DNA from: Mobula hypostoma
Taxonomy: Eukaryota
Direction: 5' to 3'
Length of the DNA: 64,000 nucleotides
Assembly (NCBI RefSeq): GCF_963921235.1
Contig: NC_086108.1
Span: 71,054,001 to 71,118,000, forward strand
Shown here piece after piece: positions 24,155 to 37,529 of the stretch. The notes under the pieces are model-generated. The model made no database searches and had not been told where the DNA came from. It saw only the letters and a list, made by a program, of their open reading frames with translations. The translations under genes were made by a program, and so were the position numbers. Positions within the stretch are counted from its first letter, which is position 1, and every line of letters starts with the position of its first letter.

Positions 24155-25465
24155 ACATAGAAACATCCTACAGCACAATACAGGCCCTTCGTCCCACAAT
24201 GCTGTGCTGAACATGCACTTACTTTAGAAATTACCTAGTGTTACCCGTAGCCCGCAATTTTTTCTAAGCTCCATGTGTCTGTTGTATCCGCCTCCAGCAC
24301 TGACACCGGCAGCCCATTCCACACACTTGCCACTCACTGCGTAAAAAAACTTACCCCTGACATCTCCTCTGTACCTACTTCCAAGCTCCTTAAAACTGTG
24401 CCCTCTTGTGTTAGCCATTTCAGCCTTGACTATCCACAGGATCAATGTCTCTCATCATCTTATACACCTCTATCAGGTCACCTCTCATCCTCCATCGCTC
24501 CAAGGAGAAAAGGCCAAATTCACTTAACCTATTCTCATAAGGCATACTCCCCAATCCAGGCAACATCCCTGTAAGTCTTCTCTGCACCATTTCTATAGTT
24601 TACACATCCTTCCTGTAGTGAGATGACCAGAACTGAGCACAGTATTCCAAGTGGGGTCTGACCAGGATCCTATATAGCTGCAACATTACCTCTTTGCTCC
24701 TAAACTCAATCCCACAATTAATGTAGGCCAAAGCACCGTATGCCTTCTTAACCACACAGTCAACCTGTGCAGCAGCTTTGAGTATCCTATGAACTCGGAT
24801 CCCAAGATCCTTCTGATCCTCCACACTGCCACGAGTATTACCATTAGTACTATATTCTGCCATCATATTTGACCTACCAAAATGAACCACCTCCTACTTA
24901 TCTGGGTTGAACTCCATCTGCCACTTCTCAGCCCAGTTTTGCAATCTATTGATGTCCTGCTGTAACCTCTGACAGCCCTCCACACTATGCACAATACCCC
25001 CAACTCTTGTGTCATCAGCACACTTATTAAGCCATCCCTCCACTTCCTCATCCGGGTCATTTATAAAAATCACAAAGAGAAGGGGGTCCCAGAACAGATC
25101 CCTGAGGCACACCACTGGTGACCGGCCTCCATGCAGGATATGACCCGTCTACAACCACTCTTTGCCTTCTGTGGTCAAGCCAATTCTGGATCCAGAAAGC
25201 AAGGTTCCCTTGGACCCCATGCCTCCTTACTTTCTCAACAAGCCTTGCATGGGGTATCTTATCAAATGCCTTGCTGAAATCCATATACACTACATCTACT
25301 GCTCTACCTTCATCGATGTGTTTAGTCACATCAAAAAATTCAGTCAGGCTCATAAGGCACAACCTGTCTTTGACAAAGCCATGCTGTCTCTTCCTAATCA
25401 TATTATGTCTCTCCAAATGTTCATAAATGCTGTCTCTCAGGATCTTCTTCATCAACTTAGCCACT
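24155..25465 (-). mobile_element. CR1 LINE RT and 3' fragment (frameshifted)
   Basis: QHGF, YMDFSKAFD, GVPQGSVLGP, ADDT and RPHLEYCAQFW in successive frames. Confidence 0.92.
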
Positions 25466-26199
25466 AACCACTGTAGCTGTAGTTCCCTTTGACTCTAATT
25501 AGAAGACCAAAGGAAACTAAAAACGTTTCCATAACACGGTGAAATCTGATTTAAAAAAAAATAATGTAAGGTGGGTGTCAGATATCAAAAATAAAGCAGC
25601 ATTTGAGTCAGTGCTGCAAAAGAACAAAGTGACTTGGGAGAATATATTTACAGAGTTTTAAAGACAACACCTCCTCTTGATGAGACTATATAAAACACTA
25701 ATAGAATTGTTTTTTTGCTTCCAGTGATATAGTGGTATTATTGAATATACTAATAGTCTCCATAGCAGGACAGATTTTAGAAAGGGTATAACATAATAGG
25801 ATGTTTGATAAAGTTTTTAAAAAACCCATAAGAATAAAAAGAATCTTCTTTTATTCATTGATGCAGATTATGGGGTGATTTAGAGATCTGATAGAAATAA
25901 TGCAACCGTCAGACCAACAGATAAAAGTAGACCACTTCTAGTGATTGGAAAGCATCAAGAAAACAATGTGAGACTGGAATTCACTGCCGTGTTTAAGGGG
26001 TAAGGAAGAAAATTGATGTCCATGGTTACTTTGGATAGTGTTCTGGGTTGAAGGGACTTGGACCTGCTGGATTAACTATAACACAAACTGTTTGCTTGCC
26101 TGCAGGTAAATAGTGATGTTGGCTGAGCATATGGTTTAATTCTATGTAACATCAGTGTTCACTTGTACATTCAACAATGAATGCTCTCACTGTAAGGGG

Positions 26200-28698
26200 A
26201 TCTCATTTCTGTAGCGAATGAAGCAAAGTATCTGTTGCTAACAGATCATGTTGAGTTCAAGCTGGAACTAGATGAAGTCTGGGTCATTCGGGAGGTTGAG
26301 GTATTGATAGACAGGACATACAGGGAGGTGGTTACACTCAAGCTGCAGGACGTAGTAACTAGGTGAGCATTAGGATGGAGAAAGGAGATAGACAGCCAAT
26401 GCAGAGTACCTGTATGGCCTTTCCCCTCAACAGTAGGTATACTGCTTTGGATATTGTTGGGTTGATGACCAAGCAGAGGAAAGCTACAGGCATCTGGTCT
26501 CTGGTACTTAGTCTGACTCTGTGGCTGAGAAGGGAAAGAGGAGAAGACACGAGCTGTAGTGATAGGAGATTTGTTGGTTAGGAAACAGAAAGGATGGTTT
26601 GTTGCCTCCCACGTGCCAGAGTCAGGGACATTTTGGATTGAGTCCAAGCCTTGTTAAGTGGGAAGATGAGCAGCCAGAGATCATGGTCCACATTGGTATC
26701 AATGACATGGGTTTGAGGGGTGACAAATCCTGCAAAGTGAGTTCAGGTGCTAATTTAAAGGATGGGATCTCCAGGGATGTGATCTCAGGGTTACTACCCA
26801 TGCAGGGGGATGGGAACCAGAGCACCAGAACAGTTAGCGAAGAGGTTGTAGAAAAAGATATTGTTAAGCCTACATACAAAGTCAGAAATGGAAAGGTTGA
26901 GCAGGTTGGTCTGAGCTGCATATCTTTCAATGCGAGTAGTATTGTAGGAAAGGCAGATGAACTTGGGGCATGGATCAGCATGTGGAATTATGACATTGTA
27001 GCCATTAGTGAGACTTGGTTGCAAGAGGGTCAAGACTGGTATTTCATTGTCTCAGGGTTCTGTTGTTTTAGATGTGATAGAGTGGGAGGGATTAAAGGAA
27101 GAGGGGTGGCATTGCTAATCAGGGAAAATGTCACAGCAGTTCCTAGTCAGGACAGACTAGTGAGCTTGCCTAGTGAGGCTTTATGTGTAGAACTGAGAAA
27201 TAAGAAATATATGACCACATTAATGGGATTATATTATATACCACTTACCAGTCCACAGGATTTAGAGGAGCAAATTTGTAGAGAGACCGCAGACTGTTGC
27301 AAAAAACATAAGGTTGTGGTAGTAGGTGATTTTACCTTTTCACATATTGATTGGGACTCCCATACTGTAAAAGGCCTGGATGAGAAAGAGTTAGTTAGGT
27401 GTGTTCAGGAAAGTTTCAATAATCAGTACATAGAAGCTCCAACTAAAGAGAGAGAGATACTAGATCTATTAAGAAATGAGACAGGGCAGGTGACAGAAGT
27501 TTGTGTAGGGGAACACTTTACATCTAGTGATCGTAATGCCATTAGATTCAAGGTAATTATTGAAAAGGTCATTGGGTTGAGGTTCTAAATTGGAGAAAGA
27601 CCAATTTTGATGGTATCAGAAAGAATCTGACAAGTGTGGATTGGGATAGGCTGTTTTGGCAAAATTGTACTTAGCAAGTGGGAGGCCTTCAAAAGTGGAA
27701 TTTTGAGATACAGAGTTTATATGTTCCTGTCAGAATAAAAGGCAAGGATATCAGGTTTAGAGAACCTTGGTTTTTGAGAGATTTTGAGGCCCTGGTTAAG
27801 AAAAAAGATGGAGGTGCATAGCAGGTACAGGCAGGCAAGAAAAAATGAAGTACTTGAGTATAGGAAATGCAAGAGAACATTTAAGAAGGAAATCAGAATG
27901 GCTAAAAGAAGGCATGAGGTTGCTCCAGCAGACAAGGTGAAGGAGAATCTTAAGGGGTTCTATAGATATGTTAAGAGTGAAAGAATTTCATGGGACAAAA
28001 TTGGTTCTCTGGAAGATCAGAGTATGGAGCCAAAAGTGATGGGGGAGGTCATAAATGGATTTTTTGCATGTGTATTTACTTGGGAGGCGGACACAGAGCC
28101 TACAGATGTGAGGCAATGCAGCAGCGAGGTCATGGCCCCTTAACAGATTACGGAGGAGAAGGTGCTTGTGTCTAGAGGTGAAGTAAGATGGATAAATCCC
28201 CAGGGCCTGATAATGTATTCCCTCAGGCCTTGTGGGAAGATTGTGCAGGAATTACAGGAGCACTAGCAGAGATACTTAAAACAACCTTGGCAACGGGTGA
28301 GGTACTGCAGGATTGGAGCATAGCTAATGTTGTTCTATTGATTAAGAAAAGCTCAAAGAATAAGCCAGGAAGTTATAGGCCAGTGAGCCTGACATCAGTA
28401 GTGACTAAGTATTGGAAGGTATTCTAAGAGACTGGATATAAAAGGACAGATTAGAGATAGTCAGTGTGGCTTTATGCATGTTAAGTCGTGTCTAACCAAT
28501 CTTAAAAAGTATTTTGAGGCGGTTACCAGGAAAGCTGATGAAGGCAAGGCAGAGGATGTTGTCTACATGGACCTTAGCAAAATGTTTGACAAGGTCCAGT
28601 AGGGGAGTTTGATCAAGAAGCTTCAGTCACTTGGCATTCAAGATGATGTAATAAATTGGATTAGCCAGTGGAAGAAGCCAGAAAGTGGTTGTAGATGG
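26200..28698 (+). mobile_element. CR1 LINE 5' part (ORF1 remnant, APE endonuclease, RT N-terminus), 3'-truncated
   Basis: HIGIND (ORF1), ISETW/GDF/SD (APE), KSPGPD and YRPVSLTS; ends abruptly at a Tc1 fragment. Confidence 0.9.
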
Positions 28699-30456
28699 TA
28701 TGTTTTTCTTCAGAATTTCCCCGTATTTTGCTGCACTCATTTTACCCTCTACCTTCCACAGCCTTGTAGGGCCTACTGCTGCATCAAGTATCCCCACAGC
28801 ATTATGCAGCCACCACTTGGGAGGGTAGGGTAAGGTAGGGATGGTGTGTTTTTGATGATGTGCAATGTTTGACTTATGACAAATGTAACGTTTAGTCTGA
28901 TGGCCAAAAAGTTCAATTTTCTGTAATCATGCCATAGAGCTGCCTTCCAGCTGACTTCAGAGTCTCCCACATGCCTTCTGGCAAATTCTAGCAGAGATTT
29001 CATTGAGTTTTTTTTTCAACAATGGTTTTCTCTTTGCCACGCTCCCATAAAGCTACAAATGGTGAAGCACCCGCTAATAGTTGTTCTATGCACAGTCTCT
29101 CCATCTCAGCCACTGAAGCTCATAACTCCTCCAGAGTTGTCATAGGTCTCTTGGTGGCCTCCCTCATTAGTTCCCTTCTTGCACAGTCACTCAGTTTTTG
29201 AGGATGGTCTGCTCTAGGCAGATTTATAATTGACATGTGACATATTTTTTCCATTTCTTGATGATTGACTTAACTGTACTCCAAGGGATGTTCCGTGACT
29301 TGGAAATTTTCTTGTATCCATCTCATGACTTTTGCTTTTCAATAACCTTTTCCTGGAGTTGGTTGGAGTGTTCTTTTGTCTTTGTGGTATAGCTTTTGCC
29401 AGCATACTGATTCACCAGCAGTTGGAACTTTCAGATACAGGTGTATTTTTACTACAGTCAATTGAAGCACATTGACTGCACACAGATCTCCAAAAACAGA
29501 TCTCTATTTAACTACAGTCAGCCCTTCGTATCTGCGGGTTCCACACCCGCGGATTCAACCAACTGTGGATCGAAAATATTCGAAAAAAATATTCCAGAAA
29601 GTTCCAAAAAGCAAAACTTGAATTTGCCGTGCACTGAGCACTACACTGAATCCACTCGAATGAAGTGATGTATAGGCTGTAGCCTCCCGCCATTTCACAG
29701 ATCCTCACTGTCTCGCCAGCACTCGTCGTTTGAGCATTGTTCGCCTCGCGTCTTGTTCGTTCGCTACTTGTGTTGCGAGCGAGAGGAAGGAGTTTGAGGC
29801 TAGTAAGGGATGGCTGGCTAGCTATGTAAGGCGCTACAGCCTCAAGAACTTAAAGATCACGGGAGAATCGGCATCGGCTGAACCAGCGTTCCCAGAAGAG
29901 CTACGATGGTTGTGTCTGTACTGAACATGTACAGACTTTTTTTTCTTGTTATTATTCCCTTAGCAATACAGTATAACAATTATTTACATAGCATTTACAT
30001 TGTATTAGGTATTATAAGTAATCTAGAGATGATTTAAAGTATACGGGAGGATGTGCGTAGGTTATATGCAAATACTACGCCATTTTATATAAGGGACTTG
30101 AGCATCGGCGGATTTTGGTATCCGCTGGGGGAGGGGGGGTCCTGGAACCAATCCCCCGCGGATACTGAAGGAGGACTGTAATTATGTGAATTTTAAAACC
30201 AGTTGGCTACATCAGTAATGATTTGGTGTGTCACATTAAAGGGGGGTGAATACTTTTGCAATCAATTATTTTGTGTTTTATATTTGTAATTAATTTAGAT
30301 CACTTTGTAGAAAGAGTCACTTTGACACAAAGGAGTCTTTTTCTGTTGATCAATGTCAAAAAAGCCAAATTAAATCCACTGTGATTTAATGCTGTAAAAC
30401 AATAAAACATGAAAACTTCAAGGGGGGTGGTGTTTGATTACTTTTGATAGGCACTG
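28699..30456 (-). mobile_element. Tc1-family (Passport-like, IR/DR) transposon, 3'-truncated and decayed
   Basis: TA at 30457-58, then a CAGTGCC terminus on the minus strand; inner DR GGGGTGAATACTTTTG near 30243; frameshifted KTKEHS.Q..EKVIEK...GYKKISK..NIPWSTVKSIIKKWK and GGCIMLWG motifs. Confidence 0.88.
29515..30178 (+). mobile_element. Tigger/pogo non-autonomous DNA transposon (MER2/Tigger3-like)
   Basis: TA TSD at 29513-14 and 30179-80; imperfect ~23-bp TIR CAGTCAGCCCTTCGTATCTGCGG / CAGTCCTCCTTCAGTATCCGCGG; CENP-B-type HTH remnant EFEASKGWLASYVRRYSLKNLKITGESASA. Confidence 0.92.
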
Positions 30457-31939
30457 TATGTCTCAGCATAAGTTTCTGCTGATGAATGCAATTCCTTTCA
30501 CTTTTGTGCCTGAAGTAGTTTGTATTTTGGAAAATAGATCTTTGTGTTGAATATTTATTAATATGATATTGTCTTTCTGTAATCTGTTAAAATTCAGATT
30601 GAATTGAAATCACCTTCCATTCATTAAACATCATGTGTAGTCATCAGGAGGGGGGGAAAAGATGAACACCAAAGCTGAATGTAGGTTGCATGCTGTTCAG
30701 AGGACAAGTTTGATAAATGCTAACTATAGCCTGGATTAGAAAATATAATTGCCAGTTACATCGTCATTCTTAGTATTTTCTTTCCCATTGTATTTAAAGT
30801 CTTTCCTTTATTCGTTGAAAGCTCTCTTTTTTTGATAGCTTTCTTTGATGACTCCTTAATTGTGCAGAAGAGTGTCAGTAATAAACTACTTGTCAGAGTG
30901 CCTTGTAATTTAGGGACAATAACAGATTTACAAAACCAAGAACTTGTCACTACGTTGAGAGTTTTATTATTAGTTGTGTTATACCAATTGGTTGCATGTG
31001 ACTTTTCTCTTTGCAGAAGCCTGACAAACTTCTGATTTTTCTTCAATTACCGGGTAAGTCCTTTTGAGAGCAGAGGGGCTGGAGTTAATTAATCTAACTA
31101 GAATATTCAAAAATGCTATTTATAATCTGGCTCCTAAATATTAAATCATTACATTCAGTAAATGGCAAATTTCAAATTGCATCTCAATTTTGAAATTAAT
31201 GCTCTTATTAAATAAGAATTGATTATAATTTTTTCATTGGTCTGAAGTTAACAATTTCTCAACCAGTATGCAAAAAGATTGAACCAGTGTACCAACTAGC
31301 TCAAAATACATTGAAAGAGTCCCATAGAATTCAAAGCTGTATTTTCTGCAACCATGAGCATCACTTTCAGCTCTTCCATTTGATTTATGCTTTCAACACT
31401 TTTAAGATGGGTGAATTGCCTTGATGAAACACCACTTTGCTGCTGCTTTTTTGGGAGGTTCCACCAATCATTCTTGCAGATAGATTTGTTCACCTTTTGT
31501 AACTCTGGACACAATGAAAATAAATAATCTGGTTTATATTAAAAGGCAAAAGGATTATGAGGATCTAATGCTTGGCAATTGAGTTGGGAAGAGTGAAAAT
31601 AGAGTCCAAAACAATTGAGTTGCCATGGAGTGATGCGTGGTCTCTGGCAATCACGTTGAATGTGTAAGCCTTGTATCTTCAGTTTCTTAGTTTCCTGATT
31701 GATTTGGGAATGCCTGATGAATTCCTTACCGTCATTGCACTATCATAAGGTGGTGAAGTCCAGTTGTAACATTCTGAATGTCTTCCTGCTAAAATTAGTT
31801 ACATTTAACAAATAGAGTAAATCTTTCTGAAATGGGAGAGGAAAGTAAGGCACTAGTTGCTTACATTGTAATAGTTGGAATAATTGTGCACGTTTATTCA
31901 TGTTTTTGCTATAGATTTATGTTTTAATTGGCCATTTCT

Positions 31940-32550
31940 TATGACCATAAGGCCATAAGACATAGGAGCAGAATTGGGCCATTTTTGACTTATCGCATCT
32001 GCTCCACTATTCCAACGTGGCTGATTTAGTGTCCTTCTCAATCCCATTTGCCTGTATTCTTCCCATTGATGGGCCTGATTAATCAAGAACCAATCAACCT
32101 TTGCTTTAAATATACTCAATGACTTGGCCTCCACAGTTGTCTGTGGCAATGAATTCCACAGACTCACTGTCCTCTTCCTCATCTCTGTTCTAAATGGACG
32201 TTCCTCTGTTCTGATGCTATGCCCTCTGGTCCTAGACTCCTCCAGTAAAGGAAACATCCTTGCACATCCACTCTATCTAGGCCTTTCAATATTTGATAAG
32301 CTTCAGTAAGATCCCTCCTCATTCTTCAAAATTCCAACAAGTACAGGGCCAGAGTCATCAAACGCTCTTCATAAGTTAACCTTTTCATTCCTGGAGTCAT
32401 TCTCACGAACCTCCTCCGGACTCTCTTCAGTGCCAGCACATCCTCTCTTAGGTAGGGTGCCCAAAACTGCTCACAATACTTCAAGTGCAGTCTGACCAGT
32501 GCCTTAAAGCTTAAACATCACATCCTTGCTCTTGTATTCTAGTATTTTCA
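31940..32550 (-). mobile_element. CR1 3' fragment
   Basis: ESRTRGHS...SLWNSLP motif; repeated CCATAAG tail. Confidence 0.88.
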
Positions 32551-33249
32551 GATGTATACTTTTGTTGTATATTGCAAATTTTATTGACAGCTCTCTGAGT
32601 CATATTGGCTTATCTATTTGTACTTATCTGACTTGATGTGTACAGAAGATTTGCAGTTAGTGATTGGTTAAACATGTCTCCCATGGTGGTTAATTGCATG
32701 TAAGAATCAGGTGAAATTATAAACCTGTTGTTCAAAAGTAGTAAGCCTTTAATGCTTTCAAGATTCATTTGCAATTTATTAGATTGAATGTTAAATTAAT
32801 ATCAGGGTAACAATTACGAATGTATAAATAAAATTTAAAAGATGTGTGAAATTGAAGGTGCTCTCCAACTTCGTGCCTGTATAAGTGAACATTTTTTTAA
32901 CTGATAGACAACAGTTCTTTGTAACTGAGAGCTTTTAAAGGTGAGTTGTATACACACTGAGACTAAGTGGTTGATACTAAGGGATCACTGTATGGAGCTG
33001 TATTTTTCATTTCATGTGAACAAGTGGAACTCCTGTTAGATGCATGTATTGGTGTGGTGGGATGTGAAATGGGAAGAATGCTCAGAGATAAATGGAAGGA
33101 AGTGATACCCAGTATGTGCACTTACAGTTTTCATTTGTAATTGTATGAAAATATCAATACATGCCATTAAAATTAATATTTATGTAGCCTGTAGTGGGAA
33201 AGATTAATTCTGCTGTATGGTAAACTAGGTTGAAGATTGTAAAACAAAA

Positions 33250-34400
33250 CACAAAATATTGGAAATACTCAGAAGGTCAGATAGCATCTCTGGGGAAAGG
33301 AAAAGGGTTAATGAATCATCCTTCATTAGAACTGGAAATGAGGATGTTTTAAGTTGCAGAGAGGTGGCGAGAACAGGGAATATTTGTGATAGAATGCTGA
33401 CTAAACTTAATACAATAATTACCTTAAAACTGGCTACTAAAGAAAAGAAGAAAAAGCTAAATAGAAACGATGGTTGAGTCACATCTGTGGATAGAAGAAA
33501 AGGGTGGTTATTTGAAACTGATAAACTTAGTATTAAGTCCTGAAGACTGCAACATATGCATATGGAGGAGAGGTGCCGTTACTTGTGCCTACATTGAGCA
33601 TTGTTGGGGAAGTGTAGGTTACTAAAAATCAAGAGGTCAGAGTAGGGATGAGGCAAAGAATTAAAATGACAGGTTAATTGGAAGCTTGGATACTCTTGTG
33701 GATCAAGCAGAGATGTTTTTCAAAGCATTTATCCAGTCTATATTTGGTCTGTCCACAGTAGAGGAAGCTGCGTGCCATTAAACTGGAAGAAGTTCAAGTT
33801 CATTTTTTCTTCACGTGGAAGGGCCATTTGGGTCTCTGGAGGGTGATTGTTGGCGATATAAAAGGAGAGTGGTGTATCTCCTCCTGTTGGTTACATAGAA
33901 TAGAGTTGTGAGGAAGGGCGTGTTTGGCGATGGAAGAAGGGATTAAGGATCCATGGAGGATATGAGCCCTTGGAATGCTGAAAGGGGAGGGGAAAATACT
34001 GTATATCTGTTTATGAGATCTTGTATAAGGTGATGGAAATTCTGAAGATGTCATCGAAGTTGTGGTTGTTAGAATGGAAAATAGGAACCAGGAGAACCCA
34101 ATCCTTGTCCTATCTAGGAGGAATGTGTGTGAGCAAAAGTGCAGGAAATAGACAAGGTGTGATTGAGAGTCTGGTCATCTGTGTTGGAGGGGAAGCTATG
34201 GTTAAAGTAAAAGGAAGAAATCTTAAGGGCACTAGAGTGGAAAGAATCATTGTGGGAGAAATACAAAGAAATGGCGAAATGGAATTCTTACAGACAGCAG
34301 GGTGACAATTGGTGCAGTAAAGATGGTCATGGGAGTCATTGGCTTATAAATAGATATTGGTCGCAACCTACTGAGGATGAGGTGGAAATGTCAAGAGAGG
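33250..34400 (-). mobile_element. Highly decayed Penelope-like element
   Basis: Terminal-repeat signature GGAAATACTCAG..GGTCAG..AGCATCT at 33260-33290, followed by purine-rich sequence loosely mirroring 39100-39800. Confidence 0.5.
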
Positions 34401-35420
34401 GAAAAAATTAGAATTATACCATATGAAAGTGGCTGCAGGCTGCAGTTTGGCAAAAAAGGTAAGAAAATTTTGATTATGAGTACAGAAAGAACCGCGAGTA
34501 CAGTGATTAATGTAAGAGAAATGAAAAGTGAGATCTCAGTAACTCTTGCTTTCCGGAGTACTCAGGAACTCTATTATCTAGCTCTTTTAAAAAAAAAAGG
34601 TCCCCTCAAGATTAAATATCTGATTGAAAGCGCTTGCATGTTAATTGTGGATTGCTTCCATCCTTGCCCACTTGCTAAATTTCCTGGTGTCACTCTGCAT
34701 AGGTTTGCTTTCAGTAGGATGGGTAATGGCTTGCTGCATATCCCTATCTTTGGCTGTGAATGCTCAAAGCAACTAAAATAATTTTTAATCTCCATCCACT
34801 GCACGCAATATTTTGAAATTTAAAATAAAAACTTCATTAAAAATTTGAGAAGCTGCTGGGGAAAGGTTCTTTACTTATGTCTATCCTTAAAACAAAAATA
34901 TCACTATCATTTTCCTTCACTATTTTGTCCGTTCCCCTTTTCTGCTTTTTCAGGGTCATGGACTTTCTTTGTGATTTTACTCAATTTATATTGTTTTCCT
35001 GTTATCTAGTTTTGTTTGCCACTGAGCAGGTATATTTTTTTAAATCTTTTTTATAATCAGTTTGAATATTTTTTCAGTAATTTGTATTCTTGTTGTGCAA
35101 TGTAAATTTGATACTACCTCTTGAAAATTTTAAGTCTTTTATGTAACTTGTGTAATGAGTATTGCTGATTTTGTTTTGTATAAAATTTGTTTCTAGTAAA
35201 AGTAATTATTTCAAGTTAATTACTATCATTTTTCTTTGTATTAGATTTATTTGTTTATGTACTTGCCGTGATACTTATACTCATATTAATTATTATGAAT
35301 TGTTATGGCCATTATGAACATACTTAAGTTTTGATGCTGTAAGTATCGATCATTTAAGTTGCTCATAATTCTGTTCTGTTTTCATGCAATTATAGCTTTG
35401 TTTTTGACCTTCCCTTGCAG

Positions 35421-35564
35421 CCAAATCCATCAAATAAACTAGCAATAATACATATTTTGGGTCTGTTGTCCAATTTGTTTACCACATTGGATATCAGTCA
35501 CCATGACGATGAGCCTGAAGGCAGTGAAGCAAAGAAAAAACCCACCTTGCAAGGACCTAACCCA
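35421..35564 (+). CDS. IPO13: Importin-13 exon: PNPSNKLAIIHILGLLSNLFTTLDISHHDDEPEGSEAKKKPTLQGPNP
   Basis: cccttgcag acceptor and GTAAGT donor; 144 nt. Confidence 0.97.
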
Positions 35565-35735
35565 GTAAGTACTAGCAGTGGTACTAACATGGGATTCTCA
35601 TGACTTGATCTTGCTCTTTTTTAGAAAAAAGAATGCTGTTTATGTAAACAGGGACTTGTTTGTGGGGAATTTTGTGTTTTATAAATTCAATCCAAGATTC
35701 AAAATAAACTACAAAATGTGATGATTTCCCCACAG

Positions 35736-35816
35736 GTTGTGGTGGTTCTCCAACAAGTCTTCCAACTAATACAGAAAGTTCTGTCTAAATGGCTGAATGA
35801 TGCTCAGGTTGTTGAG
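35736..35816 (+). CDS. IPO13: Importin-13 exon: VVVVLQQVFQLIQKVLSKWLNDAQVVE
   Basis: cccacag acceptor and GTAAG donor; 81 nt. Confidence 0.96.
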
Positions 35817-36189
35817 GTAAGATAAATCGTAGAGTAATGTTAGTTCTGTGATTTGTTTTCAATGTTGACTTAAGATTCATGTTTTTGTATATACAGCGTG
35901 GCTTTTAAAAGGAAAGGAAATATCAGTCAGCTGTGTTTCTAAGCTTGTAGCTTTTCTGTACATCAAGTAATTTTCAGTGTTAGGGTGTTATATTTGCAAG
36001 TCATGTCAGTGCATCAGCACAAAATGTAATTTGAATTTGTATTTAATTTTTTTTGTTTGTTGGAGTAGCAGTTTACATTTTTGTAGCACCTTTTTGCATT
36101 CAAAATATTGCTGGTATAATCAGTCAAAATGCATGTCAGATAAAGGACGTTGGAAGAGTGACCACCTTTGGTCAAAGTGTGAAGAGGAA

Positions 36190-36862
36190 AGTTGAATTGG
36201 AATTGGTTTATTATTGTCATATGTATTGAAGTACAGTGTTTTTTGTGTACTGATCATACAGATCAAACATTACACGGTGCATTGAGCTAGTACAAGGTAC
36301 CATTATAAAAGAATGGCAAATAGTACGTATTAGCTACAGAAAAAATGCAGCGCAGGTAAACAGTAAGATTGTGAAGTTAAGAGTCCATCTAATTGTACTA
36401 GGGAATCATTCAAAAGTCTTACAACAGTGGGGTGGAAGGTGTCCTTGAGCTTCCTGGTATGTGGTTTCAGGCTTTTGTATCCTCTGCCCAATGGATTGGG
36501 GTGAAGAGAGCATGTCTGGCATGGGTGGGGTCTTTGATTACGCTGTGTGCTGTACTGAGGCAGCAAGAGTTAACAAAGTCCATGGAGGAGAGGCAGGTTT
36601 CTGTGATGTGTTGGGCTATGTCCACAACTCTGCAGTTTCGTGTGGTCATGTGCAGAGCAGCAGCTGTACCAAGCCATGATGCATCCATGTAAGACTCTGT
36701 GTGGTGTAGCGATAAAAATTGGTAAGGGTCAACAGGGACATGCCAAATTTCTTTAACTCCCTGAGGAAATTGGAAGATTGCTGAACTTTCTTGGCTGTTG
36801 CGTCTAGGTGGTTGGGCCAGGACAGGCTATCAGTGATGTTCACTCCTTGGAACTTGAAGCTG
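36190..36862 (-). mobile_element. Rex1/Babar LINE 3' fragment
   Basis: SFKFQGVNITDSLSW...AKK.QQ...FLRELKKFGMS...LTNFYR motif; (CAATT)n-type tail on the minus strand. Confidence 0.85.
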
Positions 36863-37271
36863 AAAGGAAAGTGGGGAACTTCATGGCTAGATATCTTAAA
36901 CCATGACTTCCATGAGAAGGTGGGGAATTGCATTTGTGCTGTATGAGTACAGCATGAAGTTCAGGATTTGTACAGATGGAGGAGAATGTAGGTATAGAGT
37001 CACACTTTTGATTGCCTATCCAGACATTGCTTTCTTTGTCCAAATGGTTACTTAGTTTTCTACTTTACTTTATACTATGGGACTTCCATTTGCACGAACG
37101 ACTTTGTTACTGCAGGTTAACTTTCATGTTGATCTCTCAGAATTACCTTTAAAGGAAGATAGTATGCATTGATGAGCTAGTTACCTGGTAACAATCAATA
37201 TTAAATTACTGCTGGTCAACTTTGGTGTTGTCTGTTTATCTGCATTTACTGTAGCTATAGCCTTAGTTGGT

Positions 37272-37407
37272 GCAACACACACAAAATGCTGGTGGAACGC
37301 AGCAGGCCAGGCAGCATCTATAGGAAGAGGTACAGTTGACGTTTCGGGTCGGGACGAAGGGTCTCGGCCCGAAACGTCGATTTTACCTCTTCCTATAGAT
37401 GCTGCCT
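37272..37407. repeat. Palindromic Penelope terminal-repeat derivative (copy A)
   Basis: Inverted arms 37309-37348 and 37368-37407; homologous to the Penelope 3' end at 40030-40130. Confidence 0.85.
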
Positions 37408-37529
37408 ATGGGAAGTTGGAGAAGATCTTAAAAACCTCACTCTGCATAAAGCTCTGGATTGTTTAGAATGATGTTCTACATTTTAGCTAATGTTATTCAT
37501 CAATGCCTTAAAGTGAAGTTAGAATTTGA

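Noticed and set aside
26599..27588. 329-aa ORF as a novel esterase-endonuclease fusion protein
   Set aside because: Frameshifts and a deletion in a decayed CR1 join ORF1 and ORF2 remnants; downstream frames are broken.
34600..34630. U2 snRNA-like word (TTAAATATCTGAT)
   Set aside because: Only a short match, with no flanking U2 sequence or Sm site; consistent with chance.
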